Assembly (NCBI GenBank): GCA_036676495.1
Contig: JAKFCT010000046.1
Location: 1-64,000 of the forward strand
DNA: 64,000 nt
DNA from: Candidatus Sericytochromatia bacterium
Lineage (GTDB): Bacteria; Cyanobacteriota; Sericytochromatia; S15B-MN24; UBA4093
Reading direction: 5' to 3'
Shown: one piece after another, positions 48,058 to 58,572 of the stretch
Layout of the letters: each line of letters opens with the position of its first letter
Numbering within the stretch: the stretch's first letter is position 1
The notes under the pieces: generated by a model
Databases searched by the model: none
Told to the model about the DNA's origin: nothing
The model's input: the letters and a program-made list of their open reading frames with translations, nothing else
Program-made: the position numbers and the translations under genes

Positions 48058-50079
48058 TTACTTCCTCCCTCCGGTCAGCATGGGAGCCGGAGCCTGGGCG
48101 ACGGCGCGCTTGAGTTCGCGGGAGGCCTGGCCGTCCTTGAAGAAGGCGATCGCCTCCATGAGCGCCTGGGCCTGAGATTGCAAGTCCACGGCCGCACGGG
48201 CGACGAAGCCCGTGGAGGTGGAGGTCTCGTGCGCCGCGCGGTTGATGGTCTCGACCGCCATGACGACCTGGTCTCCGCCCTTCTTCTGCTCGGTGGTGGC
48301 CACGGAGACCTGCTGGGTCATGCGGTTCATGGTCTCGACGGCCTTGGTAATCTGCTCGGAGCCCTTGGCTTGCTCGCGCGTGGCGGACATGACCTCGTGC
48401 GTGAGGCGATTCATGGCGGCGACGGCCTCGGTGATCTGGCTGGCGGCCCGGCTCTGTTCCTGGGTGGCCTGACCGATCTGCGCGCCGACGATGGCGGATT
48501 GCTCGGCGGCTCCGACGATCACGCGGATGGCCTCCCCGGCGCCTTGCGCCAGCTGGGTGCCTTCCTGGATGGCCGCCTCTCCATGCTGGGTGCTCGCGAC
48601 GGCCTGCTCGGTCTCCTTCTGGATCCCCTTGATGAGGGTCGCGATCTCGCCGGTGGCCTTGGCGGAACGCTCGGCGAGCTTGCGGACCTCGTCGGCGACC
48701 ACCGCGAAGCCCCGGCCGTGCTCGCCGGCCCGCGCCGCCTCGATCGCCGCGTTGAGGGCAAGCAAATTGGTCTGCTCGGCGATGTCGTCGATCACCGCGA
48801 TGATCGCGCCGATCTCCTCGGAGGACTGCCCCAAGCGCTCGATGACGGTGACGACCTCGTCCATGACGTCATGGATCCGCTGCATACCGGTGATGGTCTG
48901 CTCCACGGCCTTGCTGCCCTCGCTCGCGGCCGTCGCGGTCCGCTGGGCGTTCTCATTGGCTTGCTTGGCGTTGCCCGCCACCTGCTGGACCGACGCGGCC
49001 ATCTCCTCGATGCTGGCCGAGGTCTGGTTCACCGCCGCACCCAGGGCGTCGGCGTTGCTCGCCACTTGCTGGATGCTGGCGGCCATCTCCTCGATGCTGC
49101 TGGAGGTCTCCTCGACCGCCGCCGAGAGCGAGTGAACGTTGCCCGAGACCTGGGTGATGCTGGCTGCCATCTCCTCCATCGAGCTGGAAGTCTCCTCGAC
49201 GGCCGAGGCCTGGTTCTGGGCCGCGTGGGCCATCTGCTCGGAGCTGGAGGAAATCTGGTCGGCTCCCGCCGCCACCGAGCTGGCCACCCCGCGCACCTGA
49301 CCCACGATCTGCCGGAGGTTGTCGATCATCGTCTGGAAACTGCGGGCCATGTCCCCCAGCTCGTCGTTCGTCTTGATCATGACCCGCTGATCCAGGTTCC
49401 CCTCGGCGAGACCCTCAGCAGCCCGCGACACGGCCTGAAGTCCCGTCGAGATCTGGCGCGACAGGAAGAGGGCAATGCCCAACCCGAGCGCCAGGGCCAA
49501 GACCAAGAGGGCAAGGGTCAACATGCGGACCTGCTCGTAGGTCGCCTTGCCGTTCTCGCTCTCCTCCTTGGCGCCCGCCTCGCGGCGCTGGGCGAAACCG
49601 GCCATGACCTCGTCGAGATCGTTGACGAGCACGCGGGCCTTGGCGGCCACCTCGATCGCCTGGGCATCCTCGTTGCGGCGCGCATGGGCGAGGATCCGCT
49701 CCTGCAGGGGGACGAACTCCGCCCAGAGCGCTTGATAGCGGCGGAAGTCCTGCTGGCCCTGCTCTCCGTAGATCAGCGGCTTGAACTTCTCCATCTGCTC
49801 CGTGAAGGCTCCCGCATACTTGACGACGGCCCGCGCGTGCTGATCGATCTCGCTGGGATCGCTCGCGAGGATCAGGTTCTTCTCGGCCCGCCCCCGGTAG
49901 ATCAAGTTGAGGTTCGCTTCCTTGACGGTGCTGATGCCCATGGTCTGGTTCAGGTACATGGCGTCGAGCATGGCGCTGAATTCACCGAGCTTGACGATCG
50001 AAAATATCCCGATGATCGCCATGAGCACGAGCACGCTGGCGAATCCCGTGAGCAACTTGGTTCCGATGGTGAGCCGCAT
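48058..50079 (-). CDS. Methyl-accepting chemotaxis protein (four-helix-bundle sensor, HAMP, long signalling domain)
   Basis: Two TMs, DELG HAMP motif, [38 protein letters not shown]; start MRLTIG with AGGAGG RBS. Confidence 0.95.
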   Translation of the reverse strand: MRLTIGTKLLTGFASVLVLMAIIGIFSIVKLGEFSAMLDAMYLNQTMGISTVKEANLNLIYRGRAEKNLILASDPSEIDQHARAVVKYAGAFTEQMEKFKPLIYGEQGQQDFRRYQALWAEFVPLQERILAHARRNEDAQAIEVAAKARVLVNDLDEVMAGFAQRREAGAKEESENGKATYEQVRMLTLALLVLALALGLGIALFLSRQISTGLQAVSRAAEGLAEGNLDQRVMIKTNDELGDMARSFQTMIDNLRQIVGQVRGVASSVAAGADQISSSSEQMAHAAQNQASAVEETSSSMEEMAASITQVSGNVHSLSAAVEETSSSIEEMAASIQQVASNADALGAAVNQTSASIEEMAASVQQVAGNAKQANENAQRTATAASEGSKAVEQTITGMQRIHDVMDEVVTVIERLGQSSEEIGAIIAVIDDIAEQTNLLALNAAIEAARAGEHGRGFAVVADEVRKLAERSAKATGEIATLIKGIQKETEQAVASTQHGEAAIQEGTQLAQGAGEAIRVIVGAAEQSAIVGAQIGQATQEQSRAASQITEAVAAMNRLTHEVMSATREQAKGSEQITKAVETMNRMTQQVSVATTEQKKGGDQVVMAVETINRAAHETSTSTGFVARAAVDLQSQAQALMEAIAFFKDGQASRELKRAVAQAPAPMLTGGRK

Positions 50080-50491
50080 CCTTCCTCCTTGGTAAGCCTG
50101 CTGAATCGTCTCTTTCCAAGCAGCCAAAACCCAGACCGGAAGGCGGTTATCGAGACCCGATCCGCCGGAGTTAGCCTGGCTTGCTGCGCTTAGAGAACGG
50201 TTGGGCCCAATCATAGGCACCGCGCCCCAGCTTCGAACAGAGCCGCTTGTCCTGACCTCTGGGACGTGAGGATCGCGCGGGATCGCGCCGCCTCAAAGCC
50301 AGTTTTCGCGCGAACCAGGAGGATATCAAAGCAAAAACGCCGCGTCGTCAGCGCCACCGAACCTGGACGACATGCTTCCTCAAGCCAGGATATTTGTCCC
50401 GGCGTTGCAAACGCAAACCGCCCCCCAAGTCAAAGTCCTTGGGCAGCGGCTCACGAAGTCTTTGGATTCGGCGGTCGATCCGACGGGAGGT

Positions 50492-52516
50492 TTACCCCTG
50501 CCGCGGACCGTTCAGCATGGGCAAGGCTTCCCGCTGGTTATCGAGGGCGGGGGCAGCGCTGGCCTGGGCGTCCTTGAAGAAGGCGATCGCCTCCGTCAAC
50601 GACCGCGCCTGCGCTTGAAGGCCGGTGGCCGCCTGCGCGACGAGCCCGGTCGCGTTGGAGGTCTCCTGCGCCGAGCGGTTGATGCTCTCGACGGCCAGGA
50701 CGACCTGGTCTCCGCCCTTCTTCTGCTCGGTGGTGGCCACCGCGACCTGCTGGGTCATGCGGTTCATGGACTCGACCGCCTTGATGATCTGTTCGGAGCC
50801 CTTGGCCTGCTCGCGGGTCGCCGCCAGAACCGACTGGGTCAGGCGGCTCATGGAGTTGACCGCCTCGACGATCTGCTCGGCCGCGCGCTTCTGCTCCTGG
50901 GTGGCCTGCTCGATCTGAGCGCCGACGACCGCACTCTGGCCGGCTTCCTTGACGATCGACTGGATGGCCTCGCCGGCGACCTGGGCGAGCTGGGTGCCCT
51001 CGGCGATCGCCGCCTCCCCTTGCTGCGAGGTCTTGATGGCCGCCTCGGTCTCCTTCTGGATGCCCTTGATCAGCCCCGCGATCTCGCCGGTGGCCTTGGC
51101 GGAGCGCTCGGCGAGCTTGCGGACCTCGTCCGCGACCACCGCGAAGCCCCGGCCGTGCTCGCCGGCCCGCGCCGCCTCGATGGCCGCGTTGAGGGCAAGC
51201 AAATTGGTCTGCTCGGCGATGTCGTCGATCACCGCGATGATCGCGCCGATCTCCTCCGACGACTTGCCCAGGGTCTGGATGACCGTGGACACCTGGTTGG
51301 TGGCGGCGCTAATGCGCTGCATGCCCGCGATGGTCTGCTCCACCGCGAGGCTGCCGCGATCGCAGGCCGCCTTCCCGGCCTGGGCGTTATGGTTCGAGAT
51401 CTCGGCGTTATGGGCCACCTGCTGGATGCTGGCGGCCATCTCCTCGATGCTGGCCGAGGTCTGGTTCACCGCCGCGCCCAGGGTCTCGGCGTTGCCGGCC
51501 ACTTGCTGGATGCTGGCCACCATCTCCTCGATGCTGCTGGACGTCTCCTCGACCGCTGCCGACAAGGCATGGGCGTTGCCCGAAACCTGGGTGATGCTGG
51601 CCGCCATCTCCTCCATCGAGCTGGAGGTTTCCTCGACCGCCGCCGCCTGGGTCTGAGCCGCTTGCGCCATCCGCTCCGAGCTTCCCGAAAGCTGCTCGGC
51701 GCTGACAGAGACCGCGCGGGAGGCCCCGCGCACCTGAGCGACGATCTGGCGGAGGCTATCGATCATTCGCTGGACGCTCTTGGCCATGTCTCCCAGCTCG
51801 TCGTCCGATTTCACGTCGACCTGCTGATCCAGGTGGCCGTACGCTAGAGCTTCGGCCGCATGGACGACCGCCCGGAGGCCCCGCGTGATCTGCTTCGACA
51901 GGAGCATGGCGAAGGCCGCCCCCATGAGCGCCGCGAGGATCATCAGGGCGATGGACCATGCCCGGGCCACCATGAAGCGGGCCTTGCCGGCGTCGCTTGC
52001 CGCCTTGGCATGCGCCTCCGCTCCTTGAGCCAAGCCGTTGAGCGCCGTGTTCAGGCGCATGCGCAGATCATAGGTCTGCGCCTGGAGCGCCAGGGCCTGG
52101 GCGTCCTCGTTGCGGCGCGCATGCGCCAGGGTTCGCTCTTGGAGCGGCACGATCTGCGCCCAGGTCTCCTGGTAATCGCGGAAGAGTTGCTTGCCCTTCT
52201 CGCTTTCGATCAAGGGCTCGAGCTTGTCCAGGTACTCCAGCGCCAGGCCCTCAAAGGTGGCGATGGCCTTGGCCTGCTCCTCGATGGCGGCGGCGTCGTC
52301 CGCATGGATCACGGCCAGCTCGCTGTAGGCCCGGTAGATCATGTTGAGGTTGGCTTCCTTGCTGAAGCTGATCGCCATGGCCTCGCGCGCGTACATCTCG
52401 TCGAGGCGATCGCTGAAATCCCCGATCTGGGTGACGGCATAGACGCCGTTGCCCAGGAAGACGAGAATGGTGGCGGCAAACGCGAGCTGGAGCTTTCGCC
52501 CGATGGTGAAACGCAT
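50492..52516 (-). CDS. Methyl-accepting chemotaxis protein, tandem paralogue
   Basis: Same architecture and near-identical signalling domain as the adjacent MCP. Confidence 0.95.
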   Translation of the reverse strand: MRFTIGRKLQLAFAATILVFLGNGVYAVTQIGDFSDRLDEMYAREAMAISFSKEANLNMIYRAYSELAVIHADDAAAIEEQAKAIATFEGLALEYLDKLEPLIESEKGKQLFRDYQETWAQIVPLQERTLAHARRNEDAQALALQAQTYDLRMRLNTALNGLAQGAEAHAKAASDAGKARFMVARAWSIALMILAALMGAAFAMLLSKQITRGLRAVVHAAEALAYGHLDQQVDVKSDDELGDMAKSVQRMIDSLRQIVAQVRGASRAVSVSAEQLSGSSERMAQAAQTQAAAVEETSSSMEEMAASITQVSGNAHALSAAVEETSSSIEEMVASIQQVAGNAETLGAAVNQTSASIEEMAASIQQVAHNAEISNHNAQAGKAACDRGSLAVEQTIAGMQRISAATNQVSTVIQTLGKSSEEIGAIIAVIDDIAEQTNLLALNAAIEAARAGEHGRGFAVVADEVRKLAERSAKATGEIAGLIKGIQKETEAAIKTSQQGEAAIAEGTQLAQVAGEAIQSIVKEAGQSAVVGAQIEQATQEQKRAAEQIVEAVNSMSRLTQSVLAATREQAKGSEQIIKAVESMNRMTQQVAVATTEQKKGGDQVVLAVESINRSAQETSNATGLVAQAATGLQAQARSLTEAIAFFKDAQASAAPALDNQREALPMLNGPRQG

Positions 52517-52701
52517 ACTTCCTCCTAAGTCGGTCGCGCGCCCTTATTCCCCCTGATCTCTTGGAAACACCCGGATCAGAAGGAGGAAGAGGACTGGAAA
52601 CGACCGCACCTACGGCGTTTCAGCGCGAGAGGCACCCTCAATCATAGGCAATTGCTGGCTCGCGCGCGTAAGTAGTTAGAAGGTATTTTTGGAAACGACG
52701 C

Positions 52702-53940
52702 CTAGTCGTAGAGCAGGTAGGGCTTGCGGGTCTCCAGGAATGCCGCTTCGTCTCGCTGCCAGGCCTTCACGATCGACTCGACGGGCGAGCCCGTCGTCAG
52801 TGCCTGGCGAAGCGAGGCGTTTCCGGCCATCTGGTCGAAGCCCTTGGGCTCCAGCCTGAGCTTTCCGGGGTGCAGGCGCTGGATTTCCTCGAGCATGACG
52901 GCTCCGGTCCGCACCGCCTGGAAGCGATCGCGATCCGTGAGACGGATCTCCACGCCCCGCTTCTCCCCGACCTGGGTGGCCAGGAAGGTCACGCCCGGCA
53001 GTTGTCGGGCGTTGAGGGCCTTCGCCAGCTTCTCCCCATCGATCCAGGGGGCGCCGACGCGTTCGAAGGGGCGATCGCCCATCCGGCAATCGACGTTGCT
53101 CGCCTCGAAGAGGCAGATGCCGGGGTAGAGTGCCGCCGTCGTCGGGCTGAGCATGGCGGGGCTGGGCTTGGACCAGGGCAGCCCGGTCGCCTCGAACCAC
53201 ATCCCGCGCTTCCAGCCCTTCATCGGCAAGACCGTGAGCTCGCAGCCGATGCCATACGCCTCGTTGAACAAGCGCGCCATCTCTCCCATGGTCATGCCGT
53301 GCCGCACGGGAATCGGGTAATACCCCACGAAGGACGCGAGCTTGGGGTCGAGCCGGAAACCCTCCACTCCAACGCCGTTGATGGGGTTGGGGCGATCCAG
53401 GACGACGAAGGGCAAGCCGGCGTCTCGAGCGGCCTGCATGGCGAGCGCCATGGTCGAGGCATAGGTGTAGAAGCGCGCTCCGACGTCCGGCAAATCGATG
53501 ACCAGGACGTCCAGTCCCTTCAGCATCTCGGGCGTGGGCTTCTTGGTGGGGCCGTAGAGCGAGTGAATGGGGATTTCGCTCTCATGCGTGCCGGACGCGA
53601 TGTTGCCCTGGCGATCCGCCTTGAGACCATGCTCGGGAGTGAGGATGGCCTCCACGCGCATGCGCGGATCGGCCAGCAAGCGGTCCAGCACTGGGACGCC
53701 CTCTCCATCGACGGCGGCGCGGTTGGTGATGAGCCCGATGCGCTTGCCCGCGAGCAGGCTCGCCCGCTCTTTGAGCAAGAGGTCGACCCCGAGGGTCACC
53801 GGGGCGGCTTCCTGGGGGGTTCCCGCCGCTCCCCGGAGTGGCGTCGAGGGACGTGGGGCGACGGCCTGCGCGGAGGACCAGAGGGTAGGCGTGGCAAGGG
53901 GGACGGCGGCGAGGGCGGCGACGAGGACGAGGCGCTTCAC
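52702..53940 (-). CDS. Exo-beta-N-acetylmuramidase NamZ (DUF1343) family
   Basis: Signal peptide, GLITN, PEHG, SLYG, DVGARFYTY, LDRPNP, RHGMTMGE. Confidence 0.9.
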   Translation of the reverse strand: MKRLVLVAALAAVPLATPTLWSSAQAVAPRPSTPLRGAAGTPQEAAPVTLGVDLLLKERASLLAGKRIGLITNRAAVDGEGVPVLDRLLADPRMRVEAILTPEHGLKADRQGNIASGTHESEIPIHSLYGPTKKPTPEMLKGLDVLVIDLPDVGARFYTYASTMALAMQAARDAGLPFVVLDRPNPINGVGVEGFRLDPKLASFVGYYPIPVRHGMTMGEMARLFNEAYGIGCELTVLPMKGWKRGMWFEATGLPWSKPSPAMLSPTTAALYPGICLFEASNVDCRMGDRPFERVGAPWIDGEKLAKALNARQLPGVTFLATQVGEKRGVEIRLTDRDRFQAVRTGAVMLEEIQRLHPGKLRLEPKGFDQMAGNASLRQALTTGSPVESIVKAWQRDEAAFLETRKPYLLYD

Positions 53941-53941
53941 G

Positions 53942-54847
53942 TTACGGCCTCGGCTGCCGGCGCTCGGGGCGCTGGCCGTCCATCAGGCTGCGGGCGTCGA
54001 GGAAGGCGTTTTCGGGGACGATCATGAGGTTGGGGGACTGCTTGATGGCATCCGTCTTCATCTTGGCGATCTCGATCTGGGTGTACTGCTCGGGGGAGAT
54101 GCCCAGGGCGGCGCGGGCCTTGGCGCGGCCTTGCGCCTCGATCAGGGCGGCATCGGCCTTCCCCTGGGCCTCGATGCGCATGCGCTCGGACTCCATGCGC
54201 GACTTCTCCAGGGCTTGCTTGGCAGCAAGCGTCTCCTGCTCGATCTGGGCCTTGGTCTCGACCGACTTCTTGATGGCCTCCGGCAAGGCGATGTCCGAGA
54301 TGGCCACGGTCTCGATCCGCACGAAGTCGTCACCGATCCCGTCGATGTCCACGATGGCGTCCTTGAGGCCGGACTGCAGCACCTGCTTCATGAGGGAGGC
54401 GACGCGGGCGCCGCGGGTCTGGTAGACCTCGATGACGCCGGACTGGCTGAAGGCGTAGCCGGCCGCTTGCTGGATCACGGGCTCCCAGCGGGAGGCGACC
54501 AGGCCGCTATGGCCGTCGAAGGGCTTCTTGTAGCGCTCGTAAAGCTTCACGACGTTGTCGTTGCTCGTCGAGAAGTCCGGCTTGTACTGGACCCGCACGT
54601 CCACCGTGATCTCCTGGCCTTCCTTGGTGTTGACCCGGAAGTTGTCGAGGTTGATGTTGTCGACCACGGTCGGGAACTCGAAGACGCGGGTCCCGATCCC
54701 CACGAAGTGGAAGCCGGCGGCCAGCGGCTTTGGCGTGATCGCTCCACTGTAGACGTTGGTCTTGACGCCGACGGCGCCCGGTTCGATGGTCGCGCAACCG
54801 GTCAGGGAGAGGGCCAAGAGGGCGAGGAGAGCGGGCATGCGTTTCAC
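53942..54847 (-). CDS. SPFH/prohibitin-family lipoprotein
   Basis: Lipobox LTGC, IEPGAVGV, GFHF, TKEGQ.I.VD, C-terminal Ala/Glu coiled coil (EAQGKA). Confidence 0.85.
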   Translation of the reverse strand: MKRMPALLALLALSLTGCATIEPGAVGVKTNVYSGAITPKPLAAGFHFVGIGTRVFEFPTVVDNINLDNFRVNTKEGQEITVDVRVQYKPDFSTSNDNVVKLYERYKKPFDGHSGLVASRWEPVIQQAAGYAFSQSGVIEVYQTRGARVASLMKQVLQSGLKDAIVDIDGIGDDFVRIETVAISDIALPEAIKKSVETKAQIEQETLAAKQALEKSRMESERMRIEAQGKADAALIEAQGRAKARAALGISPEQYTQIEIAKMKTDAIKQSPNLMIVPENAFLDARSLMDGQRPERRQPRP

Positions 54848-55051
54848 GGGGGATCCTCCTTGTCGGGCCGCGCGGGGGTGGAAGGGCAGGGGCGAACGGA
54901 GACGGCCATCTTGGTTATACCCCGGCCCGAAGCGCCCTACCGGGGGGATCATGGTAGGATCGAGGCAGCGCCGACGACGGGCGTCACGTGCCTGCGGCCG
55001 CCCCGGCCCACATCATGGGTGAACGCTTTCACCACCTGTGAGGATGAGAAC

Positions 55052-56092
55052 TTGGAACTATTTGAACGCTGCCGATCCGTTTCCGCCCTGGCCATCGTCG
55101 GGACGGCCAAGAACGTCGGCAAGACCACCACCATGAACTGGCTGATCGAGCGCTTCGAGGCGCAGGGGATTCGCCTGGGACTGACCTCGGTGGGGCGCGA
55201 CGGGGAGGACCTCGACATGGTCACCGATCGCCCCAAGCCGCGCATCACCCCGCCTCCGGGCACGCTGGTGGCGACCGCCCATCTTTCGGCTAAGCGCTCG
55301 TCGGCGCGCCTCAAGGAGGTCCGGCCGACTCCCTTCCGGACGGCGATCGGACCGGTCTCCATCTACGAGGTCCAGACCTTGGGCACCGTCGAGGTGGCGG
55401 GGCCGGTCTCGATGGCCGATACGCGCCGGCTGGTGGAGATGCTCCGCGCGCTGGGAGCGCGCCAGGTGATCGTGGACGGCGCCATCGATCGCCGGGCGTC
55501 GGCCGCGTCGGACGTGGCCGAGGGCGTGATCCTGGCGACCGGCCTGGCCCTCTCGGAGGATCCCGAGGAGGTCGTGCAGCGCACCATGGCGCATGTTCGC
55601 TGGCTACAGTTGCCGATCGCCCCCTTCGCGGTCCCGGATCAGGCCGGCGCGCTCCGCGCGGACGGCCGTTTCCATCCGTGGCCGGGCAAGAGCCTGCTCG
55701 AGCAAGGCTCGGAGCTGGCCCAGTGGCTTCCGTCCGATGCCAAGGCCCTGGTCATGCCCGGAGCCTTCACCGAAGCCATGGCGCGCGGCCTGCTGACACG
55801 GAAGGGATCCGCGCGGGAGCTGGCCGTGGTGGTTCCCGACGGGACGCATGTCCTGATGGAAGGCGAAGTCTTCGGGCTCCTCGAGGAGCAAGGGGTGACG
55901 GTCTACGCGTCGCGCCCGATCCAGTTGGTCGCGGTGACCCTGAACCCCACCAGCCCGCAAGGGGCGTCGACCGATCCGGTGACGTTCCTGGAGCGGATGC
56001 AAGCGGAACTGCCGGACGTGCCGGTTTTCGACCTGGTGCTGGAACGAGAGCGCGCGGCCTCAGGAGCGATCGATGGAGCGATCCGGAGGTAA
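55052..56092 (+). CDS. kamB: Lysine 5,6-aminomutase reactivase subunit KamB-like P-loop protein
   Basis: IVGTAKNVGKTT, LGLTSVGRDGE..D.VT...KP.I, VDGAIDR, ILATG; close to kamDE. Start uncertain (TTG 55052 or GTG 55019). Confidence 0.7.
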   Translation: MELFERCRSVSALAIVGTAKNVGKTTTMNWLIERFEAQGIRLGLTSVGRDGEDLDMVTDRPKPRITPPPGTLVATAHLSAKRSSARLKEVRPTPFRTAIGPVSIYEVQTLGTVEVAGPVSMADTRRLVEMLRALGARQVIVDGAIDRRASAASDVAEGVILATGLALSEDPEEVVQRTMAHVRWLQLPIAPFAVPDQAGALRADGRFHPWPGKSLLEQGSELAQWLPSDAKALVMPGAFTEAMARGLLTRKGSARELAVVVPDGTHVLMEGEVFGLLEEQGVTVYASRPIQLVAVTLNPTSPQGASTDPVTFLERMQAELPDVPVFDLVLERERAASGAIDGAIRR

Positions 56093-56557
56093 GGTTCCGG
56101 CGCGCTGGAGGACGGCGTCGATGGTCGCGATCAGCTCGCGGCGCCGGAAGGGCTTGACGACGTAGCCATCGGCGCCGGCTTCCAGCGCCTTGTCCTGGTC
56201 CTCGGGGCGGGCATGCGCCGAGATGCAGATCACGGGGAGATCCCGGGTGCCGGGAGCCTCGCGTAGCCGCGCGAGCACGGCATAGCCATCCATGTGGGCC
56301 ATGTGAAGATCGAGCAGCATGGCGTCGATGGCCGGACCTTGATCCAGGAAGGCCAGGGCCTCGAGCCCGTTGGCCGCCTCGAAGGCCTGATGCCCCAGGT
56401 GGCTGAAGATAGCGAGCAAGAGTTGCCGATTGAGGGCTTCGTCCTCGACGATGAGAAAATTGAGAATGGACGGATCTCCTGATGCGAGCGGCGCTCCCGC
56501 GGCCGCGTTCGAAGGGCTGTAAAGAAAATTCCACCGGGCGATATCCGTTGCTATCAA
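56060..56557 (-). CDS. Single-domain response regulator
   Basis: LIVEDE, LLDLHM, ISA, VKPF; start position uncertain. Confidence 0.85.
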   Translation of the reverse strand: MIATDIARWNFLYSPSNAAAGAPLASGDPSILNFLIVEDEALNRQLLLAIFSHLGHQAFEAANGLEALAFLDQGPAIDAMLLDLHMAHMDGYAVLARLREAPGTRDLPVICISAHARPEDQDKALEAGADGYVVKPFRRRELIATIDAVLQRAGTLPPDRSIDRS

Positions 56558-56631
56558 TATCTTACTGTCTCATCTTGTCTCACGCTACCCGAAAAACCTG
56601 AAATCGTCCCTGCGGGCGTGTTAACAGCTTG

Positions 56632-56661
56632 TTGACACCTTGGAAGCCTTGCGGCTACTAT
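56632..56661 (+). promoter_or_regulatory. Sigma70-type promoter of the HTH gene
   Basis: TTGACA-18 nt-TACTAT, followed by a GGAGG RBS. Confidence 0.65.
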
Positions 56662-56682
56662 GGCTGGCGGAGGCTTGTTTGC

Positions 56683-56877
56683 ATGATCAATTCCCTGCTG
56701 ACGATCAAAGACGTGATGACCCGGCTCCAGGTAAGTCGCGCCACGATTTATCGGCTGATCGCGCGGGGCGAGCTCAAGCCCTTCAAGATCGGACGTTCGC
56801 TCCGATTCGACGAACATGACCTCGACACCTTCATCGCCCGCAAGAAGGACGCTCCGCCTCCCAGGTCCCTCGAGTAG
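56683..56877 (+). CDS. Excisionase/BldC-family (HTH_17) DNA-binding protein
   Basis: LLTIKDVMTRLQVSRATIYRLIARGELKPFKIGRSLRF. Confidence 0.88.
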   Translation: MINSLLTIKDVMTRLQVSRATIYRLIARGELKPFKIGRSLRFDEHDLDTFIARKKDAPPPRSLE

Positions 56878-57012
56878 CCTCCCGCGCCCGACTTTCCGGG
56901 ACGCGACGGACGTGAGATAATGGGCGCGGGCCGCTGGCCCTTGCCTGTTGACTTTTCCCCGCGCCGCGGGGTGCCGTCAACGCCGCCCCATTTCGACTAA
57001 GGGACCCTGACG

Positions 57013-58572
57013 ATGCATATTACGATCGATACCGCGAAGGTCGCCTACGGGCGCGAGCTCGCGCAACGTATCGCCAAGCCGATGCTTGAATACTTCCGCA
57101 GCCACTCGACGCTCGCCACCGAGCGCGCCGTGCTGCGGCTCTACGGCGTGGACGGAGTGGACGAGGCCGGCGTGCCCTGGCCGAACCGGGTGGTCGACGC
57201 CCTGGCCGCCCAGGACAAGCTCGCCCGGGGAGCCTCGTACTGGCTCGCGCATGCGGCGCTGTCGACCGGCAAGTCCATTCAAGAGGCGGCGATCGCCCTG
57301 GCCGAAGGCCAGGTCGACCTCGATGCCCCCATCCCCGACCGGGAGGTCACGGCCTGGGCCGACGATACCGCCGGACGCCTCCTCGACGACCTGCTTGCCA
57401 AGCGTCGTGAGCGCCAGGCCACCCGCGCGCGGCTGGGGCAAGGCCCGAAGCCCTGGCGCTACCTGATCGTCGCCACCGGCAACATCTACGAGGACGTGCC
57501 CCAGGCCGTCGCCGCCGCGCGCGCCGGAGCGGACATCATCGCCGTCATCCGCTCCACCGGGCAATCGCTGATCGACTTCGTCCCCTACGGCCACACCACC
57601 GAGGGCACCGGCGGCACCTACGCCACCGGCGCCAACTTCAAGCTGATGCGCGAAGCCCTCGACGAGGTCGGCGAGGAGTTGGGACGCTACATCCAGCTCA
57701 CCAACTACGCCTCCGGCCTCTGCATGCCCGAGATCACCGCCCTGGCCGCCCAGGAAGGGCTCGACATGCTGCTCAACGACGCCATGTACGGGATCCTCTT
57801 CCGGGACATCAACATCTTCCGGACGCTTTGCGACCAGTACTTCTCGCGCCTGATCTGCGGAGCGACCGACATCATCATCAACACCGGTGAGGACAACTAC
57901 CTCACCACCTCGGACGCCTTCGAGCAGGGCCACACGGTCCTGGCCAGCCAGTTCATCAACGAGAACTTCGCGCTGACGGCCGGCATGCCCCAGCGCCTGA
58001 TGGGCCTCGGCCATGCCTTCGAGATGAACCCCCGCACCCCCAACGGCCTCATGTACGAAATCGCCATGGCCCAGCTGGTGCGGCAGGTCTTCCCGGAGGC
58101 CCCGCTCAAGTACATGCCGCCGACCAAGCACATCACCGGCGACATCTTCCAGGCCCACGCCCATAACGCCCTCTTCAACCTGGTCTCGGTGCTGACCCAC
58201 CAGGAAATCCACCTGATCGGCATCCTGACCGAGGCCATCCACACCCCGTTCGCCTCGGATCGCTTCATGGCGCTCACCAACACCAACTACGTCTTCAACT
58301 ACGCCCAGGACATGGGCGCCGAGCTCGAGTTCAAGGAAGACGGGATCGTCGCCAACCGGGCCCGCGAGGTCCTGGACAAGTCCATCGAACTGCTCGAGGA
58401 AGTCGAGCGCATGGGCATGGTGGAAGCCATCGGCAAGGGCGTCTTCGCCGACGTCAAGCGCGCTCCCGACGGCGGCAAGGGCTACCTCGGCGTCTTCGCG
58501 CGCGCGGCCGATTACATGAATCCCTTTATGACCCGCCTGGAGCGGCTGAATCACGTGGAGGCGCTGCGGTGA
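57013..58572 (+). CDS. kamD: D-lysine/beta-lysine 5,6-aminomutase alpha subunit
   Basis: IVATGNIYED, IAVIRSTGQSL, GGTYAT, NYASGLCMPE, NDAMYGILFRDIN, KYMPPTK. Confidence 0.95.
   Translation: MHITIDTAKVAYGRELAQRIAKPMLEYFRSHSTLATERAVLRLYGVDGVDEAGVPWPNRVVDALAAQDKLARGASYWLAHAALSTGKSIQEAAIALAEGQVDLDAPIPDREVTAWADDTAGRLLDDLLAKRRERQATRARLGQGPKPWRYLIVATGNIYEDVPQAVAAARAGADIIAVIRSTGQSLIDFVPYGHTTEGTGGTYATGANFKLMREALDEVGEELGRYIQLTNYASGLCMPEITALAAQEGLDMLLNDAMYGILFRDINIFRTLCDQYFSRLICGATDIIINTGEDNYLTTSDAFEQGHTVLASQFINENFALTAGMPQRLMGLGHAFEMNPRTPNGLMYEIAMAQLVRQVFPEAPLKYMPPTKHITGDIFQAHAHNALFNLVSVLTHQEIHLIGILTEAIHTPFASDRFMALTNTNYVFNYAQDMGAELEFKEDGIVANRAREVLDKSIELLEEVERMGMVEAIGKGVFADVKRAPDGGKGYLGVFARAADYMNPFMTRLERLNHVEALR

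Noticed and set aside
48900-49260. 84-nt tandem repeats as a possible CRISPR array
   Set aside because: They are in-frame coding repeats of MCP methylation helices, with no unique spacers and no cas genes.
50080-50207. c-di-GMP riboswitch in the MCP leader
   Set aside because: The GEMM consensus elements (GGCAAA...GAAA...GACGCAAA) could not be matched.
53567-55051. Apparent long N-terminal extension making KamB an 841-aa fusion
   Set aside because: The extension overlaps the NamZ and SPFH genes on the opposite strand; the real start is near 55052.
56683-56877. Excisionase as a marker of a prophage or ICE
   Set aside because: No integrase, att-like tRNA, phage genes or composition shift nearby.
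56878-57012. Cobalamin or lysine riboswitch ahead of kamD
   Set aside because: The region is short and I see no B12-box or L-box consensus.
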